Below are positions 63,018-64,000 of a DNA stretch of 64,000 nt, in pieces. Positions within the stretch are counted from its first letter, which is position 1. Every line of letters begins with the position of its first letter. The notes below the pieces were generated by a model. That model was not told where the DNA came from, did not search any database, and saw nothing but the letters and a program-made list of their open reading frames with translations. A program made the position numbers and the translations under genes. Source of the stretch: Felis catus (lineage: Eukaryota); assembly GCF_018350175.1 (NCBI RefSeq), contig NC_058368.1, forward strand, positions 217,560,001-217,624,000. The letters are read 5' to 3'.

Positions 63018-63308
63018 TTTTTTAAGTTTTTCAGAGAAGTATTACTAACATAAAATTAACCATTTTGAAGTATATAATTCAGTGTAATTTAGTACATTTT
63101 CAATGTACAACCATCAAAAACATTTTCATTACCCCAAAAAGAAAACCCATTCCCATTAAGCACTCACTCAACTTATAGTTGAGTAATATTCCATCGTATG
63201 AATATACCACATTTTCTTTATCCCTCATCCATCAATGGGTCTTTAATTCTACATTTTTGCTATTGTGTATAGTGCTGTTATGAACATTCATGTACAGGTA
63301 TGTTTTTT
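63018..63308 (-). mobile_element. Old L1 (L1MB-like) 3' fragment
   Basis: aattaaccattttgaagtatataattcagtg...gagtaatattccatcgtatgaatataccacatttt...atgaacattcatgtacag. Confidence 0.75.
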
Positions 63309-63310
63309 AA

Positions 63311-63985
63311 TGCCTAGAATCTGTGACATTGGTACATTATGTGACAACAGAGCATTGAGGTTGGTAATCAGCTGATCCTGAGATGGTTGTGGGGGAAGAG
63401 GGGAGGGTGAGAGAGAAGAGGAAAAGAGAAGAAGAGACTGAGCTACAACCACAAAATCTCAGAGAGCTGCCATGTGAAAATCACTTGACCTGCTATTACT
63501 GGCTTTAAAGATAAAGGAGGGGCTTATGAGCCATGGAACCAGGCAGCCTCTAGAAACTTAAAAAGATGAGGAAATAGATTTTCCCTTAGAGTTTCCAGAA
63601 GGGAATGTGACCCTGGTGATATCTCGATTTTAGCCTGGTTAGACCTGTCATATTTCTGACTGTAAAAACTAAAGATAATAAATTGTGTTAGTTTAGGCCA
63701 TTAAAATCATGGTAAATTGAGGCGTGTGGGTGGCTCTCAGTCAGGGAAGCATCCAACTCTTGATTTTGGCTCAGGTCATCATCTCATGGTTCATGAGTTC
63801 AAGCCTTGTGTCAGGCTCTGCACTGACAGTGCAAAACCTGCTTGGGCTCTCTCTTCTCCCTCTTTCGCTGTCCCTCCCCCACTCTTCCTTTCTCTCAAAA
63901 TAAATAAATAAACTTTTATAAATAAGTAAATAAATAAGTAAATAAGTAAGATTGTAGTAAATTGTTAGAGCAGCACTTGGAAGTT
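63311..63985 (+). mobile_element. MaLR LTR (MLT1D-like) interrupted by a SINE
   Basis: gaggttggtaatcagctgatcctgagatgg...gcagcctctagaaact...gaaatagattttcccttagagtttccagaaggga...gtaaattgttagagcagca. Confidence 0.8.
63719..63948 (+). mobile_element. CanSINE nested in the MLT1 LTR
   Basis: gaggcgtgtgggtggctctcagtc...ctctcaaaataaataaataaac with a (TAAA/TAAG) tail; gtaaattg repeated on both sides. Confidence 0.92.
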
Positions 63986-64000
63986 AAGGGCTTCTTAATA

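Overview
AT-rich mammalian (felid) genomic DNA, not prokaryotic. The only protein-coding sequence I can support is the first coding exon of the type II classical cadherin CDH9 (+ strand, exon 32377-32653, ATG at 32426, 76 codons: signal peptide, prodomain ending RTKR, start of EC1 GWMWNQFF). The rest is inferred to be the long introns on either side. They carry about 20 tRNA-derived CanSINEs (three look like very young felid SINEC_Fc copies with perfect TSDs), carnivore and ancient L1 fragments, MaLR/ERVL LTR relics, L2/MIR, a Tigger3a-like DNA transposon, a processed U6 snRNA pseudogene and many microsatellites. I found no evidence of a new biological system. The findings are local structural curiosities: an L1 with extra 3' sequence and a G-run inside its TSD, a possible 5'-inverted L1, a nested two-LTR MaLR relic, tail-only micro-insertions, inverted SINE pairs, a serial-slippage duplication, a Z-DNA tract and a SINE-free zone around the exon. 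Repeat family names come from recognition by eye, and boundaries without a stated TSD are approximate.
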